From: Anaerolineales bacterium
Lineage (GTDB): Bacteria > Chloroflexota > Anaerolineae > Anaerolineales > UBA11579
DNA: 64,000 nt
NCBI GenBank assembly: GCA_019637755.1
Contig: JAHBVC010000001.1
Location: 1,453,181 to 1,517,180 of the forward strand
Direction of reading: 5' to 3'
Of the stretch, positions 44,189-52,596 are shown piece after piece (position 1 is the stretch's first letter; each line of letters begins with the position of its first letter). A model generated the notes under the pieces. It did not search any database. It was given only the letters and a program-made list of their open reading frames with translations, and was not told the DNA's origin. The translations under genes were made by a program, and so were the position numbers.

Positions 44189-45438
44189 AACGCCTGGCGC
44201 TGCTCCTGCCCTTGGTGTTGCTGCTGGCGGCGTGTAACAGCCGCCCAGCGCCAAACACCGCGCCGGCCGAGCCCACCATCTCCACCCCGCAGCCTGCGGC
44301 TAGCAATCCTACTCAGGCTGCGGATGCCACCCTGCAAATCGAAAAATCAACTCAGCCCCCGGTGGGCTTTGCTGACCCGGCCGCCTATAGCTGGAACCTG
44401 GTAAGCGATGGCTTCGCCCAACCGCTGCTGGTGACGCATGCCGGTGACGGCAGTGGCCGCCTGTTTGTGGTTGAGCAGCAGGGCATGATCATCGTGGTGG
44501 AAAACGGCCAGCGTTTGGCTACACCATTCCTGGACATTCGCTTTGAAGTGGGCAGCGACGGTAACGAGCAAGGCTTGCTCGGTCTGGCCTTCCACCCAGA
44601 CTTCGACAACAACGGGTACTTCTACGTAAACTACACCGGCTTGGGCGGCAACACGGTGATCTCGCGTTTCCAGGTATCGGCGGATGGCACTGTGGCCGAT
44701 GCCAATAGCGAAATGCCGATCCTGTATATTGCCCAGCCCTACAGCAATCACAATGGTGGCCACTTGGAGTTTGGGCCGGATGGCTACCTCTACATTGGTA
44801 GCGGTGACGGTGGCTCCGGTGGGGACCCGCAGGGCAATGGCCAATCGCGTGAAACCTTGCTGGGCAAACTGCTGCGCCTGGATGTGAATGTGGATGGCCC
44901 CTATGGCATCCCGGCAGACAATCCTTTCGTCTCCGGCGGTGGCTTGGATGAGATTTGGGCCTATGGCTTGCGCAACCCCTGGCGCTTCAGTTTTGACCGT
45001 GCCACTGGTGATCTCTACATCGCCGATGTGGGCCAGGGCGAATGGGAAGAGGTGCATGTGCTGCCCGCGGGCACTGGCAACGGGGCCAACCTGGGCTGGA
45101 ACTACTACGAAGGCACCCACGCCTACGAAGGCACCCCGCCCGGCGAGCAGGCCTTTGAATTCCCGGTTGTCGAATACACCCACGGGCAACGCTGTTCGAT
45201 CACCGGTGGCTATGTCTACCGCGGTGCGGCGCTACCCGCCTGGAACGGCATCTACTTCTTTGGTGATTTTTGCTCCGGCGAAGTGCTGGGTCTGTATCAA
45301 GCAGCCGATGGCCAGTGGAACAACCAGGTGTTGTGGGATAGTGGCGCGCTGATCACTTCGTTCGGCCAGGATGAAGCCGGCGAGCTGTACCTGGTGGATC
45401 GCAACGGCGGCATCTACCAACTACAAGCCACCCCCTAA
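44185..45438 (+). CDS. PQQ-dependent sugar dehydrogenase (YliI/sorbosone dehydrogenase-like) lipoprotein
   Basis: HNGGHLEFGPDGYLYIGSGDGG and GLRNPWRFSFD. The start is uncertain: the track uses TTG at 44212, but the lipoprotein signal (KRLALLLPLVLLLAAC) begins at an ATA codon at 44185, behind AAGGAG. Confidence 0.8.
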   Translation: MKRLALLLPLVLLLAACNSRPAPNTAPAEPTISTPQPAASNPTQAADATLQIEKSTQPPVGFADPAAYSWNLVSDGFAQPLLVTHAGDGSGRLFVVEQQGMIIVVENGQRLATPFLDIRFEVGSDGNEQGLLGLAFHPDFDNNGYFYVNYTGLGGNTVISRFQVSADGTVADANSEMPILYIAQPYSNHNGGHLEFGPDGYLYIGSGDGGSGGDPQGNGQSRETLLGKLLRLDVNVDGPYGIPADNPFVSGGGLDEIWAYGLRNPWRFSFDRATGDLYIADVGQGEWEEVHVLPAGTGNGANLGWNYYEGTHAYEGTPPGEQAFEFPVVEYTHGQRCSITGGYVYRGAALPAWNGIYFFGDFCSGEVLGLYQAADGQWNNQVLWDSGALITSFGQDEAGELYLVDRNGGIYQLQATP

Positions 45439-45448
45439 GCCAGGCTGA

Positions 45449-46360
45449 ATGGCGGCTCCCTCGGCTCCCCTTGCGGATATTGTTGTCGTCTATAACCCGC
45501 AATCCAGCGCTGCCAATCTCGCGCGCCTGCGCCAGGTAATTGCCGCAGCCTTCGGGGCGCGCCCAGTGGATTTTTGCGAATGCAGCCCGCAGGCCGATAT
45601 GCCAGCCCGCCTGGCGCCCTGGCTGGCCGCCGGCGTGCGCCTGGTGATCGCCGCGGGCGGGGATGGCACGATTTCCGATGTAGCCGAGGCGCTGGCCGGG
45701 CACGCCGTGGTACTGGGCATCCTGCCGCAGGGCACCAGCAATGTGCTGGCACGTGAACTGCGTTTGCCGCTGCGCATGGAAGCCGCGGCGCGCATCCTGG
45801 CTGGTGAGTACGCCGTGCGCAAGATCGATGTGCTGCGCGCCGGGGAGCGCGTGTGCGTGCTGGGGGTCAGTGTCGGGCTTAGCGCTCTGGCGATGAAGGA
45901 TACCGGGCGCAAGCAAAAGCGCGCCCTAGGCCCGTGGGCCTACTGGCTCACCTTTGCCCGTCACTTTTTCAGTTTACGCTCACACCTGTTCACGGTGGAG
46001 TTAGACGGCTACGCCACGCAACTACATTCCACCGATGTGCTGGCGATGAACGTCGGCACGATCGCGTTTCGTGCCATCCGTTGGGGGCCAGACGTCAAGC
46101 CAGATGACGGCTGGCTGGATTTTTGCTTTCTGTGGGCCCGCAACGGGTTGGAATATGCGCTCACCATCCTCAGCTTTGCGGTGCGCCGCTACATTCGCAA
46201 CGAACGCGTAAACGTGGTGCCGCTGGCGCACAGCCTGCGCATTGTGAGCCCGGCGGGCTTATTGGTGCAAGGGGATGGCGATGTGATCGGCGTAACCCCG
46301 ATCACGATCACGCTGGAGAAGCAGGCGCTGGCCGTTGCCGTGCCTGCGCGTGGCGCTTAG
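45449..46360 (+). CDS. diacylglycerol/lipid kinase family protein (YegS-like)
   Basis: IAAGGDGTISDV, GILPQGTSNVLAREL. Confidence 0.85.
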   Translation: MAAPSAPLADIVVVYNPQSSAANLARLRQVIAAAFGARPVDFCECSPQADMPARLAPWLAAGVRLVIAAGGDGTISDVAEALAGHAVVLGILPQGTSNVLARELRLPLRMEAAARILAGEYAVRKIDVLRAGERVCVLGVSVGLSALAMKDTGRKQKRALGPWAYWLTFARHFFSLRSHLFTVELDGYATQLHSTDVLAMNVGTIAFRAIRWGPDVKPDDGWLDFCFLWARNGLEYALTILSFAVRRYIRNERVNVVPLAHSLRIVSPAGLLVQGDGDVIGVTPITITLEKQALAVAVPARGA

Positions 46361-47136
46361 CTCGCCCGGCGCTGGCGCACGGCTTCAAACAGCAGCAGGC
46401 TGCCTGCGGTGGCCGCATTCAACGATTCGATCTGGCCGGGCATGCGGATTTGGATCGCCTCCGCCCCCAGGCTGCGGGCTTCGTCGCTGGGGCCGTTGGC
46501 CTCACCCCCCACAATGAACGCCAGCTTGCGTGTCAGATCCACCTCATCAAAGGGGTGGCCGATATTGGCTTCGGCCAGCAGCGCGTGCAGGCCGTGTTGC
46601 TGCAGCCAGCTGCGCACCTCGGCCCAGGTGTACTCCAGCACCGCCAGGCGCAACTGGGCACCCATGCCGCTGCGCAATACTTTGGGGGCAAAGGGGTCTA
46701 CGCAGCCCGGTGCCAGCACGGCCGCCTGGGCGCCGGCCGCCGCGGCGCTACGCAGTAGAGTGCCTACGTTGCCGGGGTCATTCACCCGGTCAAGAATGAT
46801 GGCCAAATCGAGCTGCGGCGGCAGCGCCAGCGTTTGCCGCGTCACTTCCAGCAACAGGCCGGCCGGTGTTTTGGTGTCGCTGCTGGCCGCCATCACATGC
46901 TCGGCTACTGGCTCCATCTGCGCGCCGGCTGCGGCAAAGGCCGCCACGAGCTGCTGGCCGCGGGCATCCAGGCCTTCGCTGTAGAAGCCTTGTTTTACCG
47001 GCCAGCCGGCCGCCAGTACTTCCTCTGCCAGGCGCACGCCTTCGGCCACAAAGCTACCCGCCTCGCGGCGCGCTTTGGCGCGGCTTTGCAAATTGCGGAT
47101 GTGCTGCACACGCGGGTTTTGCACCGAGCTGATCAT
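46357..47136 (-). CDS. TrmH/SpoU-family RNA 2'-O-methyltransferase
   Basis: NPRVQHIRNL, LDRVNDPGNVGTLLRSA, and SLNAATAGSLLLFE. I prefer the ATG at 47136 (MISSVQNP..) because the track start at 47190 overlaps the divergent gene's start. Confidence 0.8.
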   Translation of the reverse strand: MISSVQNPRVQHIRNLQSRAKARREAGSFVAEGVRLAEEVLAAGWPVKQGFYSEGLDARGQQLVAAFAAAGAQMEPVAEHVMAASSDTKTPAGLLLEVTRQTLALPPQLDLAIILDRVNDPGNVGTLLRSAAAAGAQAAVLAPGCVDPFAPKVLRSGMGAQLRLAVLEYTWAEVRSWLQQHGLHALLAEANIGHPFDEVDLTRKLAFIVGGEANGPSDEARSLGAEAIQIRMPGQIESLNAATAGSLLLFEAVRQRRAS

Positions 47137-47188
47137 TGCCTGTAATTGTAGTGCAGCCGCGGTGTAGAATGCCCGTATCTCAGGAGGC

Positions 47189-48295
47189 ATGATGGCAGAC
47201 CCGCGCGTAGAAAAATTAGCTCAAACTCTAGTGAATTACTCCGTGAGAGTAAAACCCGGCGATTGGGTGGTGATTTTTGCCAACCCGCTGGCGGAAGAAC
47301 TGGCCGGCGAAGTGCTGCGCCACACCCTGCGTGCCGGCGGCAACCCTACCCTGCTCTCGGGCTTGGGCTCGACCCAGCGGATCTTTTTTGAAGAAGCCAA
47401 TGACGAGCAGCTAAAGTGGCTTTCGCCCTTCGATAGCCTGCCTTTCGAGAAGGCGGATGTGTTTATTAATCTCGACGCGTCCGAAAACACGCGCAGCCTG
47501 AGCATGGTCGATAGCCAGAAGCAGCAAGCCCGCTCCGCCGCGCGGCGTGAGATCATGCAAGCCTATATGCGCCGCAGCGCCACCGGTGAACTGCGCTGGA
47601 CGCTGACACGCTTCCCCTGTAACGCTTACGCCCAAGAGGCGGATATGAGCCTGAGTGATTATCAGGATTTTGTATACCGCGCCTGCAAGGTGGATCAGCC
47701 CGATCCGGTAGCCTTGTGGAACGAAATCGAGAATGACCAACAGCGCCTGGTGGATTGGTTGGCTGGCCGTAAGCAGGTGCACCTGCGTGGCGCCAATATC
47801 GACATTCAGATGTCGATCGAGGGGCGCACCTTCATCAACTCCACTGCCACCCACAACATGCCCGGTTCAGAGATCTTCACTGGCCCGGTGGAAGACTCCG
47901 TGCAGGGCTGGGTGAATTACACCTACCCCGCCATTCACCTCGGCCGTGAAGTGGAAGGCGTGCGCTTGGAGTTCAAAGATGGCAAAGTGGTTAAGGCCAG
48001 CGCCGAAAAGAACCAAGACTACCTGAACAAGATGTTGGATATGGATGCGGGCTCACGCTTCGTAGGTGAGCTGGGCATTGGCACCAATTACAGCATTGAT
48101 CGCTTCACCAAGAGCATCCTGTATGATGAAAAGATCGGTGGCACGATCCACATGGCGTTGGGGATGAGCTATCCCGAGACTGGGGGCAAAAACCAATCCT
48201 CGCTGCACTGGGACATGATCTGCGATATGCGCCAGGATAGCGAGATCACCGTGGATGGTGACCTGTTCTACAAGAACGGGCAGTTCCAAGTCTAG
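47189..48295 (+). CDS. M29-family aminopeptidase (AmpS/PepS-like)
   Basis: KLAQTLVNYSVRVKPGDWV, NMPGSEIFTGP, GELGIGTN, HMALG. Confidence 0.85.
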   Translation: MMADPRVEKLAQTLVNYSVRVKPGDWVVIFANPLAEELAGEVLRHTLRAGGNPTLLSGLGSTQRIFFEEANDEQLKWLSPFDSLPFEKADVFINLDASENTRSLSMVDSQKQQARSAARREIMQAYMRRSATGELRWTLTRFPCNAYAQEADMSLSDYQDFVYRACKVDQPDPVALWNEIENDQQRLVDWLAGRKQVHLRGANIDIQMSIEGRTFINSTATHNMPGSEIFTGPVEDSVQGWVNYTYPAIHLGREVEGVRLEFKDGKVVKASAEKNQDYLNKMLDMDAGSRFVGELGIGTNYSIDRFTKSILYDEKIGGTIHMALGMSYPETGGKNQSSLHWDMICDMRQDSEITVDGDLFYKNGQFQV

Positions 48296-48316
48296 ATCAC
48301 ATACTGGCAGCGTGTT

Positions 48317-49534
48317 GTGGCCCATATCCACTTTTTCAATGTGCCCTCTGCCGGCCATTTCAATGCCACCCTCCCAGTCGTGCGGGAGCTTGTGCAGCGC
48401 GGCCATCAAGTTACGTATTATCTAACCGAGAGTTACCGCCAGCCAGTGCAGGCGGCCGGGGCCGATTTTGTGGCCTACCCTGCCTGGCTGGGCGATGACT
48501 TCTTTGAGGTGCATGGTGTGGATGGCAGTAATCCCATCAAAACCGCCGCCCTGATGATCGAGGTAAGCCGCCACCTGCTACAAGAACTGCTGCCCAGCGT
48601 GCGTGCTCAGCAACCCGATCTCATCGTGTTTGATTCGATGTGTCCTTGGGGCTGGCAGTTTGCTCAGGTTCTGGGGGTGCCGCATGCGTCTTCAATGACT
48701 TTGCTGGTCATGCCCAGCAGCCTGATCATCACTTCAGGTATGCTGCCGCATTTGTTTTCAATTCTCGGGGCAAGCTTGCCGCTCTTTGCCAAGTTTGTGC
48801 GGGCGGCGCGCCAACTCCAGCGGGAGTATGGCCTGCGCATCCCGCCGATCGATCGCTTTCTAAATTATCCGGGCCAGGTGACCGTGAATTACACCTCGCG
48901 CTACTTCCAACCCCAGGGCGAAAAGATGCCGGCCGCAATAAAGTTTGTTGGCCCGCAACTGGCCGCCCCACCGGCAGCTATGGCGCACGAATTGCCAGGC
49001 GAGCTGGACGAACGGCCCTTGATCTACGTTTCCCTGGGTACGGTGATCAATCAGAACCTGGATTTCTTTCGTGAGGTGATCAGCGCGTTTGCCGGCGCAC
49101 CCTACCAGGTTTTGCTTTCCATTGGGCGCAAGAATGACCCCGCCGCGTTCGGCCGGCTGCCAGATAATGTACTGGTGCGCCCCTTCGTGTCCCAAGTGGC
49201 GGTATTGCAGCGGGCTGCGGTCTTCATCACGCATGCTGGCATGAACAGTGTGCAGGAAGGCTTGTACTCCAATGTGCCGCTGCTGCTGGTGCCGCAGCAA
49301 ATCGAGCAGCGCCTGGTGGCGCGCCGCGTCGTGCAACTGGGCGCCGGCCTGATGTCCGACCACAACACGGTGCCCGCCGCAACGCTGCGCGCCATGGTGA
49401 CGCGCCTGCTCAGCGAGCCGAGCTTTAAGGCCAATGCGGCCAAGGTGGGTGCCTCGCTGCGCGAGGCGGGCGGCGCGCCGCGGGCGGCCGATGAACTGTT
49501 GGCTCTGGTAGCGCAAACAAAAAAGACGGCCTAG
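48317..49534 (+). CDS. MGT/UDP-glycosyltransferase family (GT1) enzyme
   Basis: ITHAGMNSVQEGLYSNVPLLLVPQQIEQ signature. Confidence 0.8.
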   Translation: MAHIHFFNVPSAGHFNATLPVVRELVQRGHQVTYYLTESYRQPVQAAGADFVAYPAWLGDDFFEVHGVDGSNPIKTAALMIEVSRHLLQELLPSVRAQQPDLIVFDSMCPWGWQFAQVLGVPHASSMTLLVMPSSLIITSGMLPHLFSILGASLPLFAKFVRAARQLQREYGLRIPPIDRFLNYPGQVTVNYTSRYFQPQGEKMPAAIKFVGPQLAAPPAAMAHELPGELDERPLIYVSLGTVINQNLDFFREVISAFAGAPYQVLLSIGRKNDPAAFGRLPDNVLVRPFVSQVAVLQRAAVFITHAGMNSVQEGLYSNVPLLLVPQQIEQRLVARRVVQLGAGLMSDHNTVPAATLRAMVTRLLSEPSFKANAAKVGASLREAGGAPRAADELLALVAQTKKTA

Positions 49535-49548
49535 GGCCGTCTTTTTTT
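49517..49548. terminator. bidirectional rho-independent terminator
   Basis: A-run, then AGACGGCC-TAG-GGCCGTCT, then T7 run. Confidence 0.75.
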
Positions 49549-49565
49549 ATATTGGAACTTCTCGC

Positions 49566-49916
49566 TTAGCTGAGCTTCGCCTGGGCTACCACAGCTTTGA
49601 AGGCGGCGGCATCGCGCACCGCGATATCGGAGAGCATCTTACGATTGATCTCGATATTGGCCTTGCGCATGCCGTTCATCAGTTGGCTGTAGCTCACCCC
49701 GTTCAGGCGGGCAGCCGCGTTGATGCGCATGATCCACAAGCCGCGCAGATCGCGCTTCTTGTTGCGGCGGTCGCGGTAGGCATAGGCCAGGCTCTTCAGG
49801 CGCGCTTCACTGGCACGCTTGTACAGCTTGGAGCGTGAGCCAAATTGGCCCTTGGTCTCGCTCAAGACCTTTTGATGCCGCTTGCGGCGGGTAATACCAG
49901 TCTTTACTCGTGCCAT
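49566..49916 (-). CDS. rplT: 50S ribosomal protein L20
   Basis: [25 protein letters not shown]. Confidence 0.97.
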   Translation of the reverse strand: MARVKTGITRRKRHQKVLSETKGQFGSRSKLYKRASEARLKSLAYAYRDRRNKKRDLRGLWIMRINAAARLNGVSYSQLMNGMRKANIEINRKMLSDIAVRDAAAFKAVVAQAKLS

Positions 49917-49923
49917 GCTTCCT

Positions 49924-50154
49924 CTACTTCGCCGTGCGCGTGGCCGGGTTGGCGCGGTACTTGCTCATGTACGGCGCCAACTGGCGGATGCGCTTCTGCA
50001 GGGCTTTGCCCTGCACCGGAATCATCTCGGTGAATTTGGCCTTGGTGCGCGCCGAGGTGCGGCGGCGCAAGTGGCTCTTGCCGCCCTTGGTGCGCACCAG
50101 CTTGCCCGAACCCGTCAAGCGAAAGCGCTTGGCGGTGGACTTGTGCGTCTTCAT
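49924..50154 (-). CDS. rpmI: 50S ribosomal protein L35
   Basis: [20 protein letters not shown] prefer the internal ATG at 50154. Confidence 0.9.
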   Translation of the reverse strand: MKTHKSTAKRFRLTGSGKLVRTKGGKSHLRRRTSARTKAKFTEMIPVQGKALQKRIRQLAPYMSKYRANPATRTAK

Positions 50155-50233
50155 GCGAAATTTCTTAACTGCCACAAAAGCTCCTCTTGCGCTTTAGCTG
50201 AGCGCGTATGGTATCTGCGCTCAACTAAGAGCA

Positions 50234-50845
50234 CTATTCCTCTGCGCTGGTTTCCGTCGCAGGTTCTTCTTTTACGTCTTTGGCCTCTGATTTGGCTGCT
50301 TCTTTCGCAGCGTTCTCATTGGGGGCCAGTACCATCAGCAGCGTGCGCCCTTCAAACTCAGGGGCCTGCTCGATAATCGAAATGTCCTGCAATTCAGCGG
50401 CAATCTCCTTGAGATCCTGCAACGCAATCTCAGGATAGTCACGCTCGCGGCCGCGGAAGCGGATACGTACCTTGACCTTCTTGCCTTCTTTCAACCAACC
50501 GCGCGCCGCCTTGGTCTTAAACCCACGGTGATGCTCGGTGGTCTTCGGTCGCAGACGAATTTCCTTGATCTCGACCTTTTTCTGGGCCTTACGCGCCTCG
50601 CGCTCTTTCTTGGTGCGCTCGTACGTAAACTTACCGTAACTCACCACACGGCACACGGGCGGCTTGGAGTTGGGCGCAACCTCAATCAGGTCCAGGCCCG
50701 CCTCTGCGGCGATCTGGAGCGCTTCTTCGATGGGCACAATTCCACGGTTCTCGCCGTCCGCATCGATCAGGCGGACTTCTTTGACCCGAATGGCTCTGTT
50801 TACACGGTACTCAGATGTACTGATGTGCTTATTCTCCTGGCACAA
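50234..50845 (-). CDS. infC: translation initiation factor IF-3
   Basis: RVNRAIRVKEVRLIDADGENRGIV, LDLIEVAPNSKPPVCRV. It has a non-ATG start (TTG in the track) and an acidic/Lys-rich C-terminal tail. Confidence 0.95.
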   Translation of the reverse strand: MCQENKHISTSEYRVNRAIRVKEVRLIDADGENRGIVPIEEALQIAAEAGLDLIEVAPNSKPPVCRVVSYGKFTYERTKKEREARKAQKKVEIKEIRLRPKTTEHHRGFKTKAARGWLKEGKKVKVRIRFRGRERDYPEIALQDLKEIAAELQDISIIEQAPEFEGRTLLMVLAPNENAAKEAAKSEAKDVKEEPATETSAEE

Positions 50846-50946
50846 ATTCGCCCCCGGCAGCTAGCGCCAAGGCGCACAGCTCCTTTGGGGCGTAAGGCGG
50901 GGCGCATAATACCATACGCGCCGATAAAGAGTCAACGGGTGGCCGG

Positions 50947-51450
50947 CTACCCGGCGTAACTCCAGCCTAAGCCCACCAGGCTTAGGCTGTCCTTGGCCTC
51001 GCCGAGCTTCAATACCTCGCCGCCAATCACTTTGGCGATGACGATGTTATGGTCGCCGCCCGTTTCGACGATCTGGGTGACTTCACCCTCCAGGTAGCCC
51101 GCTGCGCCGCTTACCACCGGGGCTGCGCTGAGCGGCGCAGCAAATACCTTGGCGTCGTTCATCTTATCCGGATTCTTGGCGCGGCTTTTGGTGAATGGCT
51201 TGATCAGTTCACTGTCCTCGGCCAGGAACAGGCTGATCGCCAGTTTGCGCGAGGCCGCCACCAGGCCGTAGCTATGGGCGCTGGTCTGCAAGCCAATGGC
51301 GAGCAGCTGCGGTTCGAAGGAGACTTGGGTGATCCAGTTGAAAACCATTACATTGCGATCGCCATTATGTTGGCTGCCCAGCGCATAAAAGCCATACGGC
51401 ATGCGCCGCAGCAGGTTAGGGATCGGGTGAGAGGGTGTGGTTTCGGTCAT
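50947..51450 (-). CDS. flavin reductase-like (FMN-binding split-barrel) protein
   Basis: VMVFNWITQVSFEPQLLAIGL pattern. Confidence 0.75.
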   Translation of the reverse strand: MTETTPSHPIPNLLRRMPYGFYALGSQHNGDRNVMVFNWITQVSFEPQLLAIGLQTSAHSYGLVAASRKLAISLFLAEDSELIKPFTKSRAKNPDKMNDAKVFAAPLSAAPVVSGAAGYLEGEVTQIVETGGDHNIVIAKVIGGEVLKLGEAKDSLSLVGLGWSYAG

Positions 51451-51608
51451 GGCAGCGCTCCTATCGCTTGGGTTATGGATAACCTTTAGAGCGTTTGCTT
51501 CGTTGGTATCTTACCGACCTGAGACGGAACGCTTGCCGCGACAGGGGGTTATTACTGTACTGGGCGCAACGCCGCTGGCTTCGCCGAGCCGGCCCAGGAG
51601 GAGGAAAG

Positions 51609-51977
51609 ATGAGCGCACCGTATGCGTTGGTCGTAGATGATGACCAGGCTGTCGCTGGCATCTTCCAGCGCGCCTTGCAAGACAGTGGCTACCGTGCCGA
51701 GGTGATGGATAACGGGCACAAGGCCCAGGCACAGTTGGTCTTCACCACACCCGATCTGGTTCTGTTGGATCTGCACATCCCCACCTTGTCTGGTGAGATC
51801 ATCTTGCGCCAGTTGCGCGGCCATCTGCGCTTCGCCAACACCCGTGTGGTCATCACCACCGGCGATGCGCGTGCGCTGGGGCGCTTTGGCGGCCTGGCAG
51901 ATGAAGTGCTGCTGAAACCAGTCGGCTACGAACAGATTTGCCAACTGGCGCGGCACTACTTATCGATCCTGGTCTAA
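51609..51977 (+). CDS. single-domain response regulator (receiver only)
   Basis: GGAGGAGG then ATG at 51609. Contains ALVVDDDQAV, DLVLLDLHIPTLSG, and LLKP. Confidence 0.85.
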   Translation: MSAPYALVVDDDQAVAGIFQRALQDSGYRAEVMDNGHKAQAQLVFTTPDLVLLDLHIPTLSGEIILRQLRGHLRFANTRVVITTGDARALGRFGGLADEVLLKPVGYEQICQLARHYLSILV

Positions 51978-51980
51978 CCC

Positions 51981-52586
51981 TTAGGGGAGGTGCGGCAGTT
52001 CGCCGCAGGCGCTGCCATTAAGGTTGAGCGTCTGCGCGTCCACCCAGCCTCTACCGGCCAAGCCGGTGTTGCCCAACTGCAGATCGATTTCGGCCCAGCC
52101 CGCCTGGCTGATGCCCAGCACGGCGGCAAATTGGCCCGGCTCCAGCGTCGTCAGCACGCTGGCGGCTGCACTGGGCTCGCCGTGCACCAGCACCGCGTCC
52201 ATCGGCATATCGTAGCAGTAGCCCGCCTCAGGCCCCCACAAGCTGGGCAGGCCGGCACAGTCCCCGCTCAGTTGCACATCCTCGTGCCAGAACCAACGCA
52301 GGCGGAACGGCCCCATGTTGGCCGCCTGGGCCACGCCGGGGTCAAAGCCCAGCCAGCCGTCTTCGGTGCGCGCACTGACCGGTTGGGCCAGGCCGCCATC
52401 CACGCTGGCAAACGGGTCCGCCGCCTGGCTGGGGCGGCTGTAGATCGTGGTCTTGGCGGTGGTGGTCGCCACGCAGGCGCCATCTCCATGAGGCAGCACG
52501 ACATCGGTGGCGCTGGCCGCGGGGGCGGCCGCACACGCCGCCGCCAGGCTGGCGAATAGGGCTAATGTAGGCAGTACGCTCTTCAT
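51981..52586 (-). CDS. hypothetical secreted/lipo-protein
   Basis: Signal peptide MKSVLPTLALFASLAAACAAA. No family recognised. Confidence 0.45.
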   Translation of the reverse strand: MKSVLPTLALFASLAAACAAAPAASATDVVLPHGDGACVATTTAKTTIYSRPSQAADPFASVDGGLAQPVSARTEDGWLGFDPGVAQAANMGPFRLRWFWHEDVQLSGDCAGLPSLWGPEAGYCYDMPMDAVLVHGEPSAAASVLTTLEPGQFAAVLGISQAGWAEIDLQLGNTGLAGRGWVDAQTLNLNGSACGELPHLP

Positions 52587-52596
52587 CGGGTTCAGT

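Noticed and set aside
47136-47191. Divergent trmH-like and aminopeptidase ORFs appear to share overlapping start codons (CATG at 47188-47191).
   Set aside because: The methyltransferase has a better internal start (ATG at 47136, MISSVQNPRV..). This leaves a normal 52-bp intergenic region with a TAGAAT -10 box for the aminopeptidase gene.
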